Below, one piece after another: positions 1-9,300 of a stretch of 64,000 bases of DNA (positions are counted from its first letter, which is position 1; each line of letters opens with the position of its first letter). The notes below the pieces were generated by a model, which had not been told where the DNA came from, searched no databases, and saw only the letters and a program-made list of their open reading frames with translations. The DNA is from an uncultured Rickettsiales bacterium (GTDB taxonomy: Bacteria > Pseudomonadota > Alphaproteobacteria > Rickettsiales > UBA8987), in contig CAYULD010000002.1 of NCBI GenBank assembly GCA_964445765.1, positions 139,505 through 203,504 of the forward strand, read 5' to 3'. The position numbers and the translations under genes are program-made.

Positions 1-10
1 TTACTGATCT

Positions 11-658
11 ATGAAAAAAATATTTGTAAAAATAATAACTATTATAATTTTGATAAGCATTTCTAATGCGAATGCTGATAATCAAGTTTTGTATAGGAAT
101 TATCAAGATGAAATAAACACCGCACAAATTTACTTAAATAAGTTAAAAACTTTAAGTGCAAATTTTATTCAATTAAACCCTGATAACTCAAGCATTGTAA
201 ATGGTGATTTATATCTTGAAAGGCCGGGCAAATTATTACTTAGATATAATAAACCATTTAAGATGGATTATTTTATCATTCACGATAATTTCGTTCAATA
301 TGATTATGATTTAGACCAAGTTACTAGGGCAGATGCCTCAGGAAATCCGCTTGGTATATTGCTTTATAAAGGCGTTAATTTGAAAAATAATAAATTGCTA
401 GAACTAACAAATGTGTCTTCTGAGCGAGATTTTTTTGAGCTATATTTTGTTAATAAAACAGATGATTTATCTGCAGAAATTATGGGTTTAATTCTTAAAT
501 TTAGTAAATTACCTATGCAACTTGTCTCAATTAAAAGGGTTGATGAAGCTGGCAAAAGCACTGAGTTAATTTTTTCAAATGTAAAACAAGATGAAAAATT
601 TGATAAATCAATTTTCAACTTCAGAAGACCATCTCAAAAATATCCAAAAGTTAAATAA
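11..658 (+). CDS. lolA: outer-membrane lipoprotein carrier protein LolA-like
   Basis: 215-aa ORF with an N-terminal signal peptide (MKKIFVKIITIIILISISNANA) and LolA-type motifs (GDLYLERPGKLLLRYNKPF, FVQYDYDLDQV, NPLGILL). Confidence 0.7.
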   Translation: MKKIFVKIITIIILISISNANADNQVLYRNYQDEINTAQIYLNKLKTLSANFIQLNPDNSSIVNGDLYLERPGKLLLRYNKPFKMDYFIIHDNFVQYDYDLDQVTRADASGNPLGILLYKGVNLKNNKLLELTNVSSERDFFELYFVNKTDDLSAEIMGLILKFSKLPMQLVSIKRVDEAGKSTELIFSNVKQDEKFDKSIFNFRRPSQKYPKVK

Positions 659-695
659 TTTGAAAAACTATATTAAATTAGGTTGAGGTCTGAGA

Positions 696-781
696 TGTCA
701 TCCTGACCCCTAGAGCGAAGTGAAGGGGAAGGATCTTTAGATGTTTCGCTAACTAGATGTTTCGCTTCGCTCAACATGACA
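696..781. repeat. palindromic repeat family A copy (RPE/MITE-like, inverted TGTCATCCTGA...TCAACATGACA termini)
   Basis: Left arm is tgtcatcctgacccctagagcgaagtgaaggggaaggatct. Right arm agatgtttcgcttcgctcaacatgaca is identical to the right arm at 29780-29806. Contains an internal duplication of agatgtttcgct. Lies just 3' of lolA. Confidence 0.7.
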
Positions 782-804
782 AACTTCAAGATAATTTTCT
801 ATAT

Positions 805-1086
805 CTAAGCAAAATAATAAGTTAAGCAATATTGCACAAAGTGAATTGTTATAAGCAATAAAACTGGTGAAATATCAACGCCGTTAATTGGTTTTATATA
901 TCTTCTAATTTTATTTAATATTGGCTCAATAATTCCGGATAAAAAGCCCATAACCCTGCTTACTAATGGTTGAAACTTATTTATAATTTCAAAATAAATT
1001 AGTAACTGCACAACTATATAAACAAAAATTACTAGAGAGAATAATTCTAGAATTAAGTTAATTAAAGCGATTAATGGTGGTAGCAT
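805..1086 (-). CDS. YggT family membrane protein
   Basis: 93-aa ORF with two hydrophobic helices and the YggT-like pattern (LIxLILELFSLVIFVYIVVQLL...PILNKIRRYIKPINGVDISP). Confidence 0.7.
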   Translation of the reverse strand: MLPPLIALINLILELFSLVIFVYIVVQLLIYFEIINKFQPLVSRVMGFLSGIIEPILNKIRRYIKPINGVDISPVLLLITIHFVQYCLTYYFA

Positions 1087-1098
1087 ATAAAACCCTTG

Positions 1099-2082
1099 TT
1101 AGTTAATTTTTTTATCTTCTTGTTTTTCTCTTATTGGCATTTTGAAAACAACAACATTGCCCCTGCCCCAATATTCAATAGAATTTGGATTCATTATATT
1201 AGCCATTGCTATGCCCCTGCCGTTAGGATCTGTCATACGAGATGGTTCAAAATCAAGATATTCTTCCCAATTAAAGCCTTTGCCTTCATCTTTTATAACA
1301 ACGGTATAAATGCCCTCTTTATCTTTTTTGAATAGTTCTACAATAACTTTTTTCTCAGCATTTATGGGGCTTTTTGCACGATTTTCAATTTCTTCATCAT
1401 ATCTATTTTCAAGCAATAATTTTGCTTTTTCTTCAAAGCCTATTTCAAAATTTCCGTGCTCTATTGCGTTAATTAAAAGTGCAGTTAAACCAATTACAAA
1501 CTTACTAGGATCAGCACTAAAACGAGCTAGGTAATTTGCAAGTTTTCTTGCTTCATCAAAGTTTTTAATTTCAAAATTTGCGGATTTTATACTATCAATA
1601 ATAGAATAAATATTTCCAACTTCACTTTTTAAGGTTTCACTATTTTGCTTTTCACGAATAGCAGATTTAACAATAGAAACCAAAACTGCGTGTGCATAAG
1701 GTTTTGTGATATAGTAATATGCACCGCTTTCAATGCCTTCAACATTCTTCTTTTCCTGCGTCATTGCGGTTTGCATTATCACAGGAATATTTTTAGTTTC
1801 AGGGTTAGATTTTAATAGTTTTAGAACTTCTATACCATCAATGCCGGGCATCATTATATCAAGTAAAATAACATCAATTTTCTTTGCGTTGGGTGTTATA
1901 AAATCAAGAGCTTCATTGCCATTAGTAAATGTATGACAATCAAAGCCACCCATTTTTAGATGCTTTTCTAGAATTTCTAGATTAAATTCTTCATCATCAA
2001 CACAAACGGCAACCGGCACTTTTGAGGATATATTACCCTCCTCAGCTGCAAGTTTCACTTGGTTTTCCATTAATTTAGACAT
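1099..2082 (-). CDS. response regulator: REC domain fused to a C-terminal GHKL (RsbW/HATPase_c_2-like) ATPase domain
   Basis: The N-terminus has receiver motifs (VDDEEFN, ILLDIMMPGIDG, MQTA, ITKP). The C-terminus has LINAIEHGN, IKDEGKGF and GRGIAMAN, which are N-box/G-box-like motifs. The start overlaps the upstream kinase stop by 8 nt. Confidence 0.75.
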   Translation of the reverse strand: MSKLMENQVKLAAEEGNISSKVPVAVCVDDEEFNLEILEKHLKMGGFDCHTFTNGNEALDFITPNAKKIDVILLDIMMPGIDGIEVLKLLKSNPETKNIPVIMQTAMTQEKKNVEGIESGAYYYITKPYAHAVLVSIVKSAIREKQNSETLKSEVGNIYSIIDSIKSANFEIKNFDEARKLANYLARFSADPSKFVIGLTALLINAIEHGNFEIGFEEKAKLLLENRYDEEIENRAKSPINAEKKVIVELFKKDKEGIYTVVIKDEGKGFNWEEYLDFEPSRMTDPNGRGIAMANIMNPNSIEYWGRGNVVVFKMPIREKQEDKKIN

Positions 2083-3616
2083 AATTTACCTCATTGCCAA
2101 TATTAGCTAATTTAGATGGTTGCGTTGGAATTGTGAAGGAAAAAATCGCCCCGCCATATTCTGAATTTTTACACCAGATATCACCACCTTGCCCTTGAAT
2201 AATTTCTTTAACAATAGAAAGCCCAAGCCCTGTGCCACCTGCACCTGATTTAGTTTTACTACTTTGCACAAATTTATCAAATATTGTTTCAAGCTCATCT
2301 TGCGGAATACCAACCCCTTGATCAGATACTGAGCAAAGTAAAAAATTGCCACCTTGTGTGAACTTAAAATCAATCTTTATAAAACCACCATTTGGTGAAA
2401 ATTTAATTGCATTAGAAACTAAATTAGAAAAAACCTGCACCATTTTTTGATTATCAAAATAAGCTGTCATTTTTGCTTCTTGCTTATTAACAGATATACG
2501 AAGTTTTTTATTATCTAGTAGTTTTTGAAATTCACTTATTACTGAGCTTAAAGGGGTTTCAATATTATTAGCTTTTATATTAAAATTCATTTTACCAGAT
2601 TCCAGCTTAGATAAATCTAATAAATTATTCAATAAGGTTAGTAATCTTTTGCCGCTTGTTTCTATTTTGTTAAAATAATTTTTAAGCTCATCTCTTTCTA
2701 CTTTATCAAATTCGGTTCTGCCAAATTCAGCAAAACTTAAAATTGCGTGCATTGGCGTTCTTAATTCGTGGCTCATATTAGCTAAAAATTCAGATTTAGC
2801 TTCATTAGCTTTTTCAGCTAAAATTTTTGCTTTTTCAAGCTCTTTAGTTCTTTCAAAAACTTTATTTTCAAGGTTTGCATTTGCTTCACGAACGGCACTA
2901 TCCCTAATTTTAATCTGAAGTAACATTTCATTAAATGCATCAACTAAAACGCCTATTTCATCATTGGTTTTTTTCTTAACAACTATGTTATAATTACCTT
3001 GCTCCGTAACTTCACGAGATGCCAAAAATAAACGATTTATTGGCCTATCAATAACTTTTGAAAAAGCCCTAGAAACTATATAAGCAACTAATAAACCAAC
3101 TATTGAGGCAATAAAGCTATAAATCAAAAATTTTTCTATTGCTTTATCAACATCTTTTAAGTCAGAGGTGATGTTAACATAGCCAATAATTTCTTCTTTA
3201 ATTTTTATTGTATAATAAACATTAAGATAATTCCCCTCAAACTCATAACCTGTATTGAAAACATTTTTACATGAAGCTTTATGTTTGCCTTCAGCTTGAT
3301 ATTGCACAAATAAATCTTGGTTGGGGTGATAAAGACAAGCAGCTTTTACTGACTTTCTAACTGAAAGGGCGTTTAGATTTTCTTTTGCGGTTCGCTCATC
3401 ATAAAATTCTATAGCAACTGTGCTTCTATTGCCAACTAACTCTGCAAGAACTTGCATTTCTTGCACAAGATTTTCTTTAATTCTCTCAGTGGAAAAGAAT
3501 ATAAAAAAGCTTAATACGGTGAGAATAGAAATAAGACCTGAACAAATAACAATAAACAGAATTTTTTTTCTGATTGGTAATTGAAGAAAATATCTTTTTA
3601 GTCTGCTTACTATCAT
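2075..3616 (-). CDS. sensor histidine kinase (TM - periplasmic sensor, possibly CHASE8-like - TM - HAMP - HisKA - HATPase_c)
   Basis: 513-aa ORF with an H-box (SEFLANMSHELRTPMHAI), N-box (SNLVSNAIKFSP), G-boxes (DQGVGIP, GGTGLGLSI) and a HAMP-like segment (IDRPINRL...NDEIGVLVDAFNEM). Confidence 0.85.
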   Translation of the reverse strand: MIVSRLKRYFLQLPIRKKILFIVICSGLISILTVLSFFIFFSTERIKENLVQEMQVLAELVGNRSTVAIEFYDERTAKENLNALSVRKSVKAACLYHPNQDLFVQYQAEGKHKASCKNVFNTGYEFEGNYLNVYYTIKIKEEIIGYVNITSDLKDVDKAIEKFLIYSFIASIVGLLVAYIVSRAFSKVIDRPINRLFLASREVTEQGNYNIVVKKKTNDEIGVLVDAFNEMLLQIKIRDSAVREANANLENKVFERTKELEKAKILAEKANEAKSEFLANMSHELRTPMHAILSFAEFGRTEFDKVERDELKNYFNKIETSGKRLLTLLNNLLDLSKLESGKMNFNIKANNIETPLSSVISEFQKLLDNKKLRISVNKQEAKMTAYFDNQKMVQVFSNLVSNAIKFSPNGGFIKIDFKFTQGGNFLLCSVSDQGVGIPQDELETIFDKFVQSSKTKSGAGGTGLGLSIVKEIIQGQGGDIWCKNSEYGGAIFSFTIPTQPSKLANIGNEVNYV

Positions 3617-3665
3617 TAGTAATGATTAACTTTTATACCTTATTTTATAAGGTTAATAAATTTAA

Positions 3666-4715
3666 TCAAAAATTTTTAAGCTCTAGCAGGCAAGCATCAC
3701 CATAAGAAAAAAATCTGTATTTATTTTGCACCGCAAATTTATATAAATCTTGCATTTCCTGATATCCAATAAATGCACTCACAAGCATTAATAAAGTTGA
3801 TTTTGGCAAGTGAAAATTAGTAATTAAAAAATCTGGAATTTTGAATTTATATGAAGGATAAATAAATATATCAGTATCACCAAAAAATGGCTTTATTTCG
3901 CCATTTTCAAAAGGTGCAGATTCTAAAGCCCTTAGAGAAGTTGTGCCAACTACAATAATTTTATTATTATTCTTTTTTGCTTTATTTATGATATTTGCTG
4001 TTTCTTCAGTAATCTCAAAATATTCCGAATGCATTTTGTGATCTGTTATTTCTTCCACCTTAACTGGTAAGAAAGTTCCAGCACCAACATTAAGCGTTAT
4101 AAAACTTAATATTACGCCTTTTTCTTTAAGTTTTTCTAGTAACTCTTCAGTAAAATGAAGGCCAGCAGTTGGGGCAGCAACTGAGCCTTCTTTTTCCGCA
4201 TAAACGGTTTGATAATTTATTTTATCAGTTTCATCTGCCTTACGCTTTTTGGCAATATAAGGTGGCAAAGGCATAAGCCCATATTTAGAGAGTTTTTGAT
4301 AAAATTCAGTTTCACTAAAATTAAACTCAAGTTGAATTTCATTAAAATTTTTGTTGATAATTTTTGCCTTAAAATTTTCTGCTATTTCAAAAACTTCACC
4401 TATAACAAATTTTTTTGCTGGCTTGCAAAGTGCAGTCCAAACACTTTTATTTTCAATATTTGAAATATTTTTTAGTAAGGTAATTTCGCATTTTTTTTGG
4501 TTTATATTGCCTTCTAGCCTAGCTGGAATAACTTTTGTGTTATTAAAAACAATTACATCGCCTTTGTTAAAAAAATTTATGATATCTTTGAAGATATACT
4601 CAGATAATTGGCTATTTTTATTGCAAAATAATAATTTGCTTTCATCTCTTTTTTCAAGAGGTTTTTCAGCAATCAATTCTTCTGGAAGGTAATAGTCAAA
4701 ATCAGATAATTTCAT
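3666..4715 (-). CDS. queA: S-adenosylmethionine:tRNA ribosyltransferase-isomerase
   Basis: 349-aa ORF with MKLSDFDYYLPEELIAEKPLEKRDESKLL, YQTVYA...GSVAAPTAGLHFT and VGTTSLRALES, typical of QueA. Confidence 0.92.
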   Translation of the reverse strand: MKLSDFDYYLPEELIAEKPLEKRDESKLLFCNKNSQLSEYIFKDIINFFNKGDVIVFNNTKVIPARLEGNINQKKCEITLLKNISNIENKSVWTALCKPAKKFVIGEVFEIAENFKAKIINKNFNEIQLEFNFSETEFYQKLSKYGLMPLPPYIAKKRKADETDKINYQTVYAEKEGSVAAPTAGLHFTEELLEKLKEKGVILSFITLNVGAGTFLPVKVEEITDHKMHSEYFEITEETANIINKAKKNNNKIIVVGTTSLRALESAPFENGEIKPFFGDTDIFIYPSYKFKIPDFLITNFHLPKSTLLMLVSAFIGYQEMQDLYKFAVQNKYRFFSYGDACLLELKNF

Positions 4716-5023
4716 AAACCTAACGCTCTTACCCTTGATTTTGCTTTGCTTCTGCCAACGCGTATGCGACTTCTCATAACACCAAGTTTTTTTGCTCTTT
4801 GATGATAATCTTGCATAATTTCTTGTTTCATTGAGCCAAGTTTCCCTGCTATATCTTGGTCAATCCCTTCATTTGGATCAACATTCATTAAACCTTCTGA
4901 TTCATAGCCTTGCTCTCTTGCTTGCTCAGCTGCTTCAATATGCTGGCGATGAATCATTGCTTTTAAGTCTCGCTTTTGCCTTGCTCTGATTTTTTCTAGC
5001 TTAGTTTCTTCGTGATGAGACAT
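4712..5023 (-). CDS. hypothetical basic protein, translationally coupled to queA
   Basis: 103-aa ORF with a 4-nt overlap with the queA start. Charged/helical with a basic C-terminus (RSRIRVGRSKAKSRVRALGL). No family recognised. Confidence 0.45.
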   Translation of the reverse strand: MSHHEETKLEKIRARQKRDLKAMIHRQHIEAAEQAREQGYESEGLMNVDPNEGIDQDIAGKLGSMKQEIMQDYHQRAKKLGVMRSRIRVGRSKAKSRVRALGL

Positions 5024-5085
5024 TAATTATAACATTTCATAAACTTATTTTTATTCATTTTTTGATAAGAATATTACTAAGGTTT

Positions 5086-5164
5086 TGTCATCTTGAGCGA
5101 AGCGAAAGATCTAATTTACTAAAAAATTAACTTATTAGATTCTTCGCTTACTCTCAGAATGACT
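5086..5164. repeat. palindromic repeat family A copy
   Basis: tgtcatcttgagcgaagcgaaagatct ... agattcttcgcttactctcagaatgact. These are inverted arms around an AT-rich loop. Confidence 0.65.
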
Positions 5165-5177
5165 GAACTATATAAAC

Positions 5178-5294
5178 TTATCTATCATTTTTATCTGAAG
5201 ATTTTCTTCTAAGTAAATTTTCACGCAGAGCTTGTGCCAATTTTTTCTTTTTTACTTTATCAGAATTAACTTCTTTATTTTCTTTTTTGGACAT
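5178..5294 (-). CDS. small basic protein (38 aa), possible conserved alphaproteobacterial micro-ORF
   Basis: ATG-started ORF missing from the track because it is under 60 aa: MSKKENKEVNSDKVKKKKLAQALRENLLRRKSSDKNDR. The LAxALRxNLxRRK motif resembles small proteins I recall from alphaproteobacteria. Confidence 0.35.
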   Translation of the reverse strand: MSKKENKEVNSDKVKKKKLAQALRENLLRRKSSDKNDR

Positions 5295-5415
5295 TCTTAT
5301 TTTATATTGCCAAATTTATTCCAGTTTTTAATAGAATAATGATTATATAGCAATTATGTAAATTTACCACTTTTTTACTTATTTATGGGAGAAATTTTTT
5401 TCTTTTATAGATTTA

Positions 5416-6852
5416 TCACTCCAAAGCCTGTGGGAGTTTTGCTGCCATATAAGTGATAGTTCCTGCACCCATACAAATTACGATATCCCCTTGTTTTATA
5501 ATGTTTTTTAAGGTGCTTGCCAAATCAGAATCTGAATTTAGAGAAATTACCTCCTTGCCAGTTTTTCTAACTTCTTCTGCAAGTTTATGATGATTAATAT
5601 TTTCAATTGGGGCTTCCCCTGCTGAATACATTTCTGTTATAATCACATAATCTGCGGAGCTAAAACTATTCACAAAATCAGAGAATAAATCATTAAGCCT
5701 AGTATATCTGTGAGGTTGCATAACTGCTATAACCTTGCCTTTTTTGCCATATTGAAAATGCTTACCTGCAGAAAGTGTGGCTTTTATTTCTTCTGGGTGG
5801 TGGGCATAATCATCAACTATAGTAATATCATTTACAACACCAGTTATGGTGAATCTTCTTTTTACACCAGAAAATTTAAGCAGAGCCTCAATAATTGTTT
5901 CTATGGGAATATTTATGCTTAAACCAACCGCGATTGCCGCAAGAGAATTTTCAATATTATGCTTACCAAAACAAGGCAGTTTAACTTGGTAAGTTTCTTT
6001 TTTATTAGTGCCTGAAATATTTTCACTAATATCAATATTATATAAACTATAACCCTGTTGAAACTCAAGATTATAGCCATAAATATCAGCATCATTAGTT
6101 TGCATTGAATAATATAAAATTTTTCTATTCTCAGTAGATTTAGCAATTTTATAAGCAAGTTTATGATCTTTATTAACCACCGCAAACCCATAGAATGGAA
6201 GCCTTGCGAGGAAAGCCCTAAAACCTTCTTCAAGCCTTTCAACACTTCCCCAATAATCCATATGCTCAGGGTCAATATTAGTAATTACCCCAACTGTTGC
6301 TGGAATTTTGATGAATGTGCCATCACTTTCATCAGCTTCCGCTACTAGCCAATCACCACTTCCAAGCCTTGCATTTGAGCCAATGCTATTGATAATACCA
6401 CCATTTATAATAGTTGGTGAAAGCCCTGCAAAATCAAGAATATGAGCTATCATTGAAGTGGTAGTTGTTTTCCCGTGCGAGCCAGCAATAGCAATAGTTG
6501 CCTTCAGGCGAGTAAGCTCCGCAAGCATTTCAGAGCGGGCGACAATTGGCAAATTTTCTGCTTTAGATGCGATAATTTCTGGATTATCATTCTGCACCGC
6601 AGTTGATTTTACCACCACTGATGCACCAGAAATATTTTCTTTATTATGTCCAATAAATACTTTGATACCTAAGGCTTGCAATCTTTTAACATTATAATTT
6701 TCAGATATATCTGAGCCCTGAACTTTATAGCCCATATTGTGCAAAATTTCAGCAATTCCGCTCATTCCAATACCACCAATTCCAATCATATGAATAATGC
6801 CAATATCAAATGGTATAAAACGCAGTGATGAATATTTTTTAGAATTTATCAT
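5416..6852 (-). CDS. murC: UDP-N-acetylmuramate--L-alanine ligase
   Basis: 478-aa ORF with IHMIGIGGIGMSGIAEIL, AIAGSHGKTTTTSM and DDYAHHPEEI, the Mur ligase signatures of MurC. Confidence 0.93.
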   Translation of the reverse strand: MINSKKYSSLRFIPFDIGIIHMIGIGGIGMSGIAEILHNMGYKVQGSDISENYNVKRLQALGIKVFIGHNKENISGASVVVKSTAVQNDNPEIIASKAENLPIVARSEMLAELTRLKATIAIAGSHGKTTTTSMIAHILDFAGLSPTIINGGIINSIGSNARLGSGDWLVAEADESDGTFIKIPATVGVITNIDPEHMDYWGSVERLEEGFRAFLARLPFYGFAVVNKDHKLAYKIAKSTENRKILYYSMQTNDADIYGYNLEFQQGYSLYNIDISENISGTNKKETYQVKLPCFGKHNIENSLAAIAVGLSINIPIETIIEALLKFSGVKRRFTITGVVNDITIVDDYAHHPEEIKATLSAGKHFQYGKKGKVIAVMQPHRYTRLNDLFSDFVNSFSSADYVIITEMYSAGEAPIENINHHKLAEEVRKTGKEVISLNSDSDLASTLKNIIKQGDIVICMGAGTITYMAAKLPQALE

Positions 6853-6863
6853 ATTAATATTTG

Positions 6864-7160
6864 TTATAAAATTGAGGTTATATCCCTTCTTGAGCTAACA
6901 ATTCTCATAATATTTATAGGGTCAGAAGTTTCATCATATATAATGTAATAACCATATTTAATTATGATGCAAAATCTATAATTTTTAGAAGTTAAATCTT
7001 CTCTTTTTGGGAAGGACAAGGGGCTTTCTGCAATTCTTAAAATATTATTGTATATAATGTTTTTTAATTTTTCTGCGAAATTTGAGCTATAATCTGAGTG
7101 ATAAAGCCATATATCTTCTAAATCTTTCAAGGCTTTTGTAGTAAATTTAACATCTCTCAT
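6864..7160 (-). CDS. parE: type II toxin, ParE/RelE family
   Basis: 98-aa ORF 5 nt downstream of the antitoxin ORF. Has a ParE-like pattern (KALKDLEDIWLY..., YRFCIIIKYGYYIIY..., IMRIVSSRRD). Confidence 0.75.
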   Translation of the reverse strand: MRDVKFTTKALKDLEDIWLYHSDYSSNFAEKLKNIIYNNILRIAESPLSFPKREDLTSKNYRFCIIIKYGYYIIYDETSDPINIMRIVSSRRDITSIL

Positions 7161-7165
7161 TTAAT

Positions 7166-7447
7166 TTAAGATAGGCTTTTGTTTTTAAGCTCTTCCATTC
7201 TATATTTTACTTCATCAAAACTTAACATATTACCTTTTATAACATCTTCCTCTGCTTCGCTTAAGGCATTATTAATAAATTTAACATATGCTTCTTTTTG
7301 ATTTAGAAGTTTAATTGCTTCTTCCAAAGCATATTCTTTAGAGGGATACAAACCCTCAATAACTTTTTGATTAAGTTGCATTTCAATATCTGGGTTCAAA
7401 AACATAGCAATATTTTTCCATTTGTGGTATTGTAACATAATAATCAA
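7166..7447 (-). CDS. parD: type II antitoxin, ParD-like (ribbon-helix-helix)
   Basis: Small ORF immediately upstream of parE with EGLYPSKEYALEEAIKLLNQKE, similar to the ParD SGRYxSxSEVxRxGLRLLEE motif. The true start may be the internal Met at 7405. Confidence 0.65.
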   Translation of the reverse strand: MIIMLQYHKWKNIAMFLNPDIEMQLNQKVIEGLYPSKEYALEEAIKLLNQKEAYVKFINNALSEAEEDVIKGNMLSFDEVKYRMEELKNKSLS

Positions 7448-7478
7448 AATTTAGCAATATTGGGTGCTTAAGAAAACC

Positions 7479-8435
7479 CTAAATACATCTCAAAACTGAA
7501 TTTAGAATAATAGTTGCACCAACTGCATCAACGGCTTTTTCTTTAGAAATTTTAATAGAATATCTGCCACCCCTAACAATTTCTTCATAATTATCATCTG
7601 AAATGATGCTATAGCAAACGCCAGTGTGATAATGAAAATTTTTTGCCTCAAATAAATTTAGGCTTAGCTTAAAATTACCAATTTTTTTTAGAAGATTTTG
7701 AATAATTTTCTGCAAATTTAGAATAATTACTTGCACATCTTTAGGTAATTTTTTGGCAATATCTGCAAGAATTTTTATTGCTTCTTTTGCATCTGAAGCC
7801 TCATCACATTTTTTAATTAAACTAACAATTTTCTTAGTTTCTGCTTGGCTTTCAAGATAATTAAGGTTTTTATCTTCAATCGCTTTTTGGAATAATTTAT
7901 ATTTTGCACTCTCAACCATTCCAAGATAATTTATAAGCAAAGATGGAATGCAAAAATCTATCGTAAAATTTTTAATTTTTAGGCTTGTTAGAATTTTATA
8001 AATAATTTCTAAAATTTCAGTATCTGCATTTTCTGATTTATCATTAATAAGCTCTAAACCTGTTTGAGTAATTTGCCTTTCTGCAAATTTGCCTCTGCCG
8101 GTTTTTCTAAAAACTTGCCCTGAATATGAAATTTTAATGGGCTTTTTAATATTTTCTGTTTCAAATCTATCTTTAATAATTCTTGAAATTTGAGGGGTAA
8201 TATCATTTCTCAAAACCATCATTTTACTAGAAATTGGATCAGTAACCTTAAAAAACTCTGAGGAGTGGTTTTTATCCAAAGATTGTTCAAACTCCATAAT
8301 TGCAGGGCGAACAAACTGAAAGCCTGCCTTTCTGAAAAACTTAATTATTTGTAAGTTAGCTTCAAGCTCTTTGAATGCAGTTTCAGACATTTGGTCATAA
8401 AAGCCTGAAGGTAAAAGATTTTTCTTATTTATCAC
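7479..8435 (-). CDS. hisZ: HisZ-like protein (histidyl-tRNA synthetase paralogue / ATP phosphoribosyltransferase regulatory subunit family)
   Basis: 318-aa ORF with LPSGFYDQMSETAFK..., VRPAIMEFEQSL, MVLRNDITPQISR and ERQITQTGLELI. This is a class II aaRS core without an anticodon-binding domain. Confidence 0.65.
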   Translation of the reverse strand: MINKKNLLPSGFYDQMSETAFKELEANLQIIKFFRKAGFQFVRPAIMEFEQSLDKNHSSEFFKVTDPISSKMMVLRNDITPQISRIIKDRFETENIKKPIKISYSGQVFRKTGRGKFAERQITQTGLELINDKSENADTEILEIIYKILTSLKIKNFTIDFCIPSLLINYLGMVESAKYKLFQKAIEDKNLNYLESQAETKKIVSLIKKCDEASDAKEAIKILADIAKKLPKDVQVIILNLQKIIQNLLKKIGNFKLSLNLFEAKNFHYHTGVCYSIISDDNYEEIVRGGRYSIKISKEKAVDAVGATIILNSVLRCI

Positions 8436-8535
8436 TGCTGAAATTTTTTATTAATTGTTATAAAGTTTATACCTGTTATTCTTGAAAATGGTATAATTTT
8501 AATATATATTAGTGTCATAACTTAAAAGAGGGAAA

Positions 8536-9240
8536 ATGAAAGATTATACAAATTATTCACAAGCACAAACTTCAACTTCAGTTGATGCAGGCTTGAGAGC
8601 TCATATGATAAAAGTATATAACTATATGGCAGCTGGCCTTGGCGTTAGTGGTGTGGTTGCTTATCTTGCATATTCTAGCCCTGAATTTGCAGCACTTGCA
8701 TTTCAGCTTCGCTGGGTTTGTTTTTTTGCAATTCTTGGTATGGCGTTTTTGGTTATGCCTAGAATGTATTCAATGTCTGAAACTGGTGCAAAATTAACAT
8801 TTTTTGCATATGCTGGCGTTTTATCAATCGCAATCGCCCCGCTTTTTGCAATTTATACTGGTGAGAGTATTGCTAGAACATTCTTTATCACCGCTTCAGT
8901 TTTTGGTGCTTTGAGCCTTGTTGGATATACCACTAAAAAAGATTTAACAAGCTGGGGCACTTTTGGTATGATTGCGGTTATGGGCGTATTTTTCGCAGGC
9001 TTATTAAATTACTTTTTCTTCAAAAGCTCTGGTATGCAAATGGTTACAAGTGCAGTTGCAATAATTGCCGTAATTGCATTAACTGCTTATGATACACAAA
9101 AGGTTAAACAAGCATATTATGTTTGCGGTGGCAACCCTGAAGTTGCTAACAAATCTGCAATAATTGGTGCATTACAATTATATTTTGATTTTGTTTATCT
9201 TTTCATTCACTTAATGCAATTTTTAGGCAATAGAAGATAA
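8536..9240 (+). CDS. Bax inhibitor-1/YccA family membrane protein
   Basis: 234-aa ORF with seven hydrophobic segments, an N-terminus RAHMIKVYNYMAAGLGVSG and a C-terminus GALQLYFDFVYLFIHLMQFLG, typical of the BI-1 family. Confidence 0.85.
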   Translation: MKDYTNYSQAQTSTSVDAGLRAHMIKVYNYMAAGLGVSGVVAYLAYSSPEFAALAFQLRWVCFFAILGMAFLVMPRMYSMSETGAKLTFFAYAGVLSIAIAPLFAIYTGESIARTFFITASVFGALSLVGYTTKKDLTSWGTFGMIAVMGVFFAGLLNYFFFKSSGMQMVTSAVAIIAVIALTAYDTQKVKQAYYVCGGNPEVANKSAIIGALQLYFDFVYLFIHLMQFLGNRR

Positions 9241-9268
9241 TTTAATTATCTATTTGTTAGCATATATT

Positions 9269-9300
9269 AAGCCTTAATTTAGTAAATTGGGGCTTTTTTA
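9269..9300 (+). terminator. putative rho-independent terminator of the BI-1 gene
   Basis: aagccttaattt-agt-aaattggggctt forms a 12-bp stem (including two G-U pairs) followed by tttttatttt. Confidence 0.45.

Noticed and set aside
1096-1936. Plus-strand ORFs 1096-1335, 1310-1534 and 1733-1936 inside the response regulator gene
   Set aside because: They are antisense shadows with low-complexity Phe/Ile/Ser-rich translations. The minus-strand frame carries unambiguous receiver and GHKL motifs.
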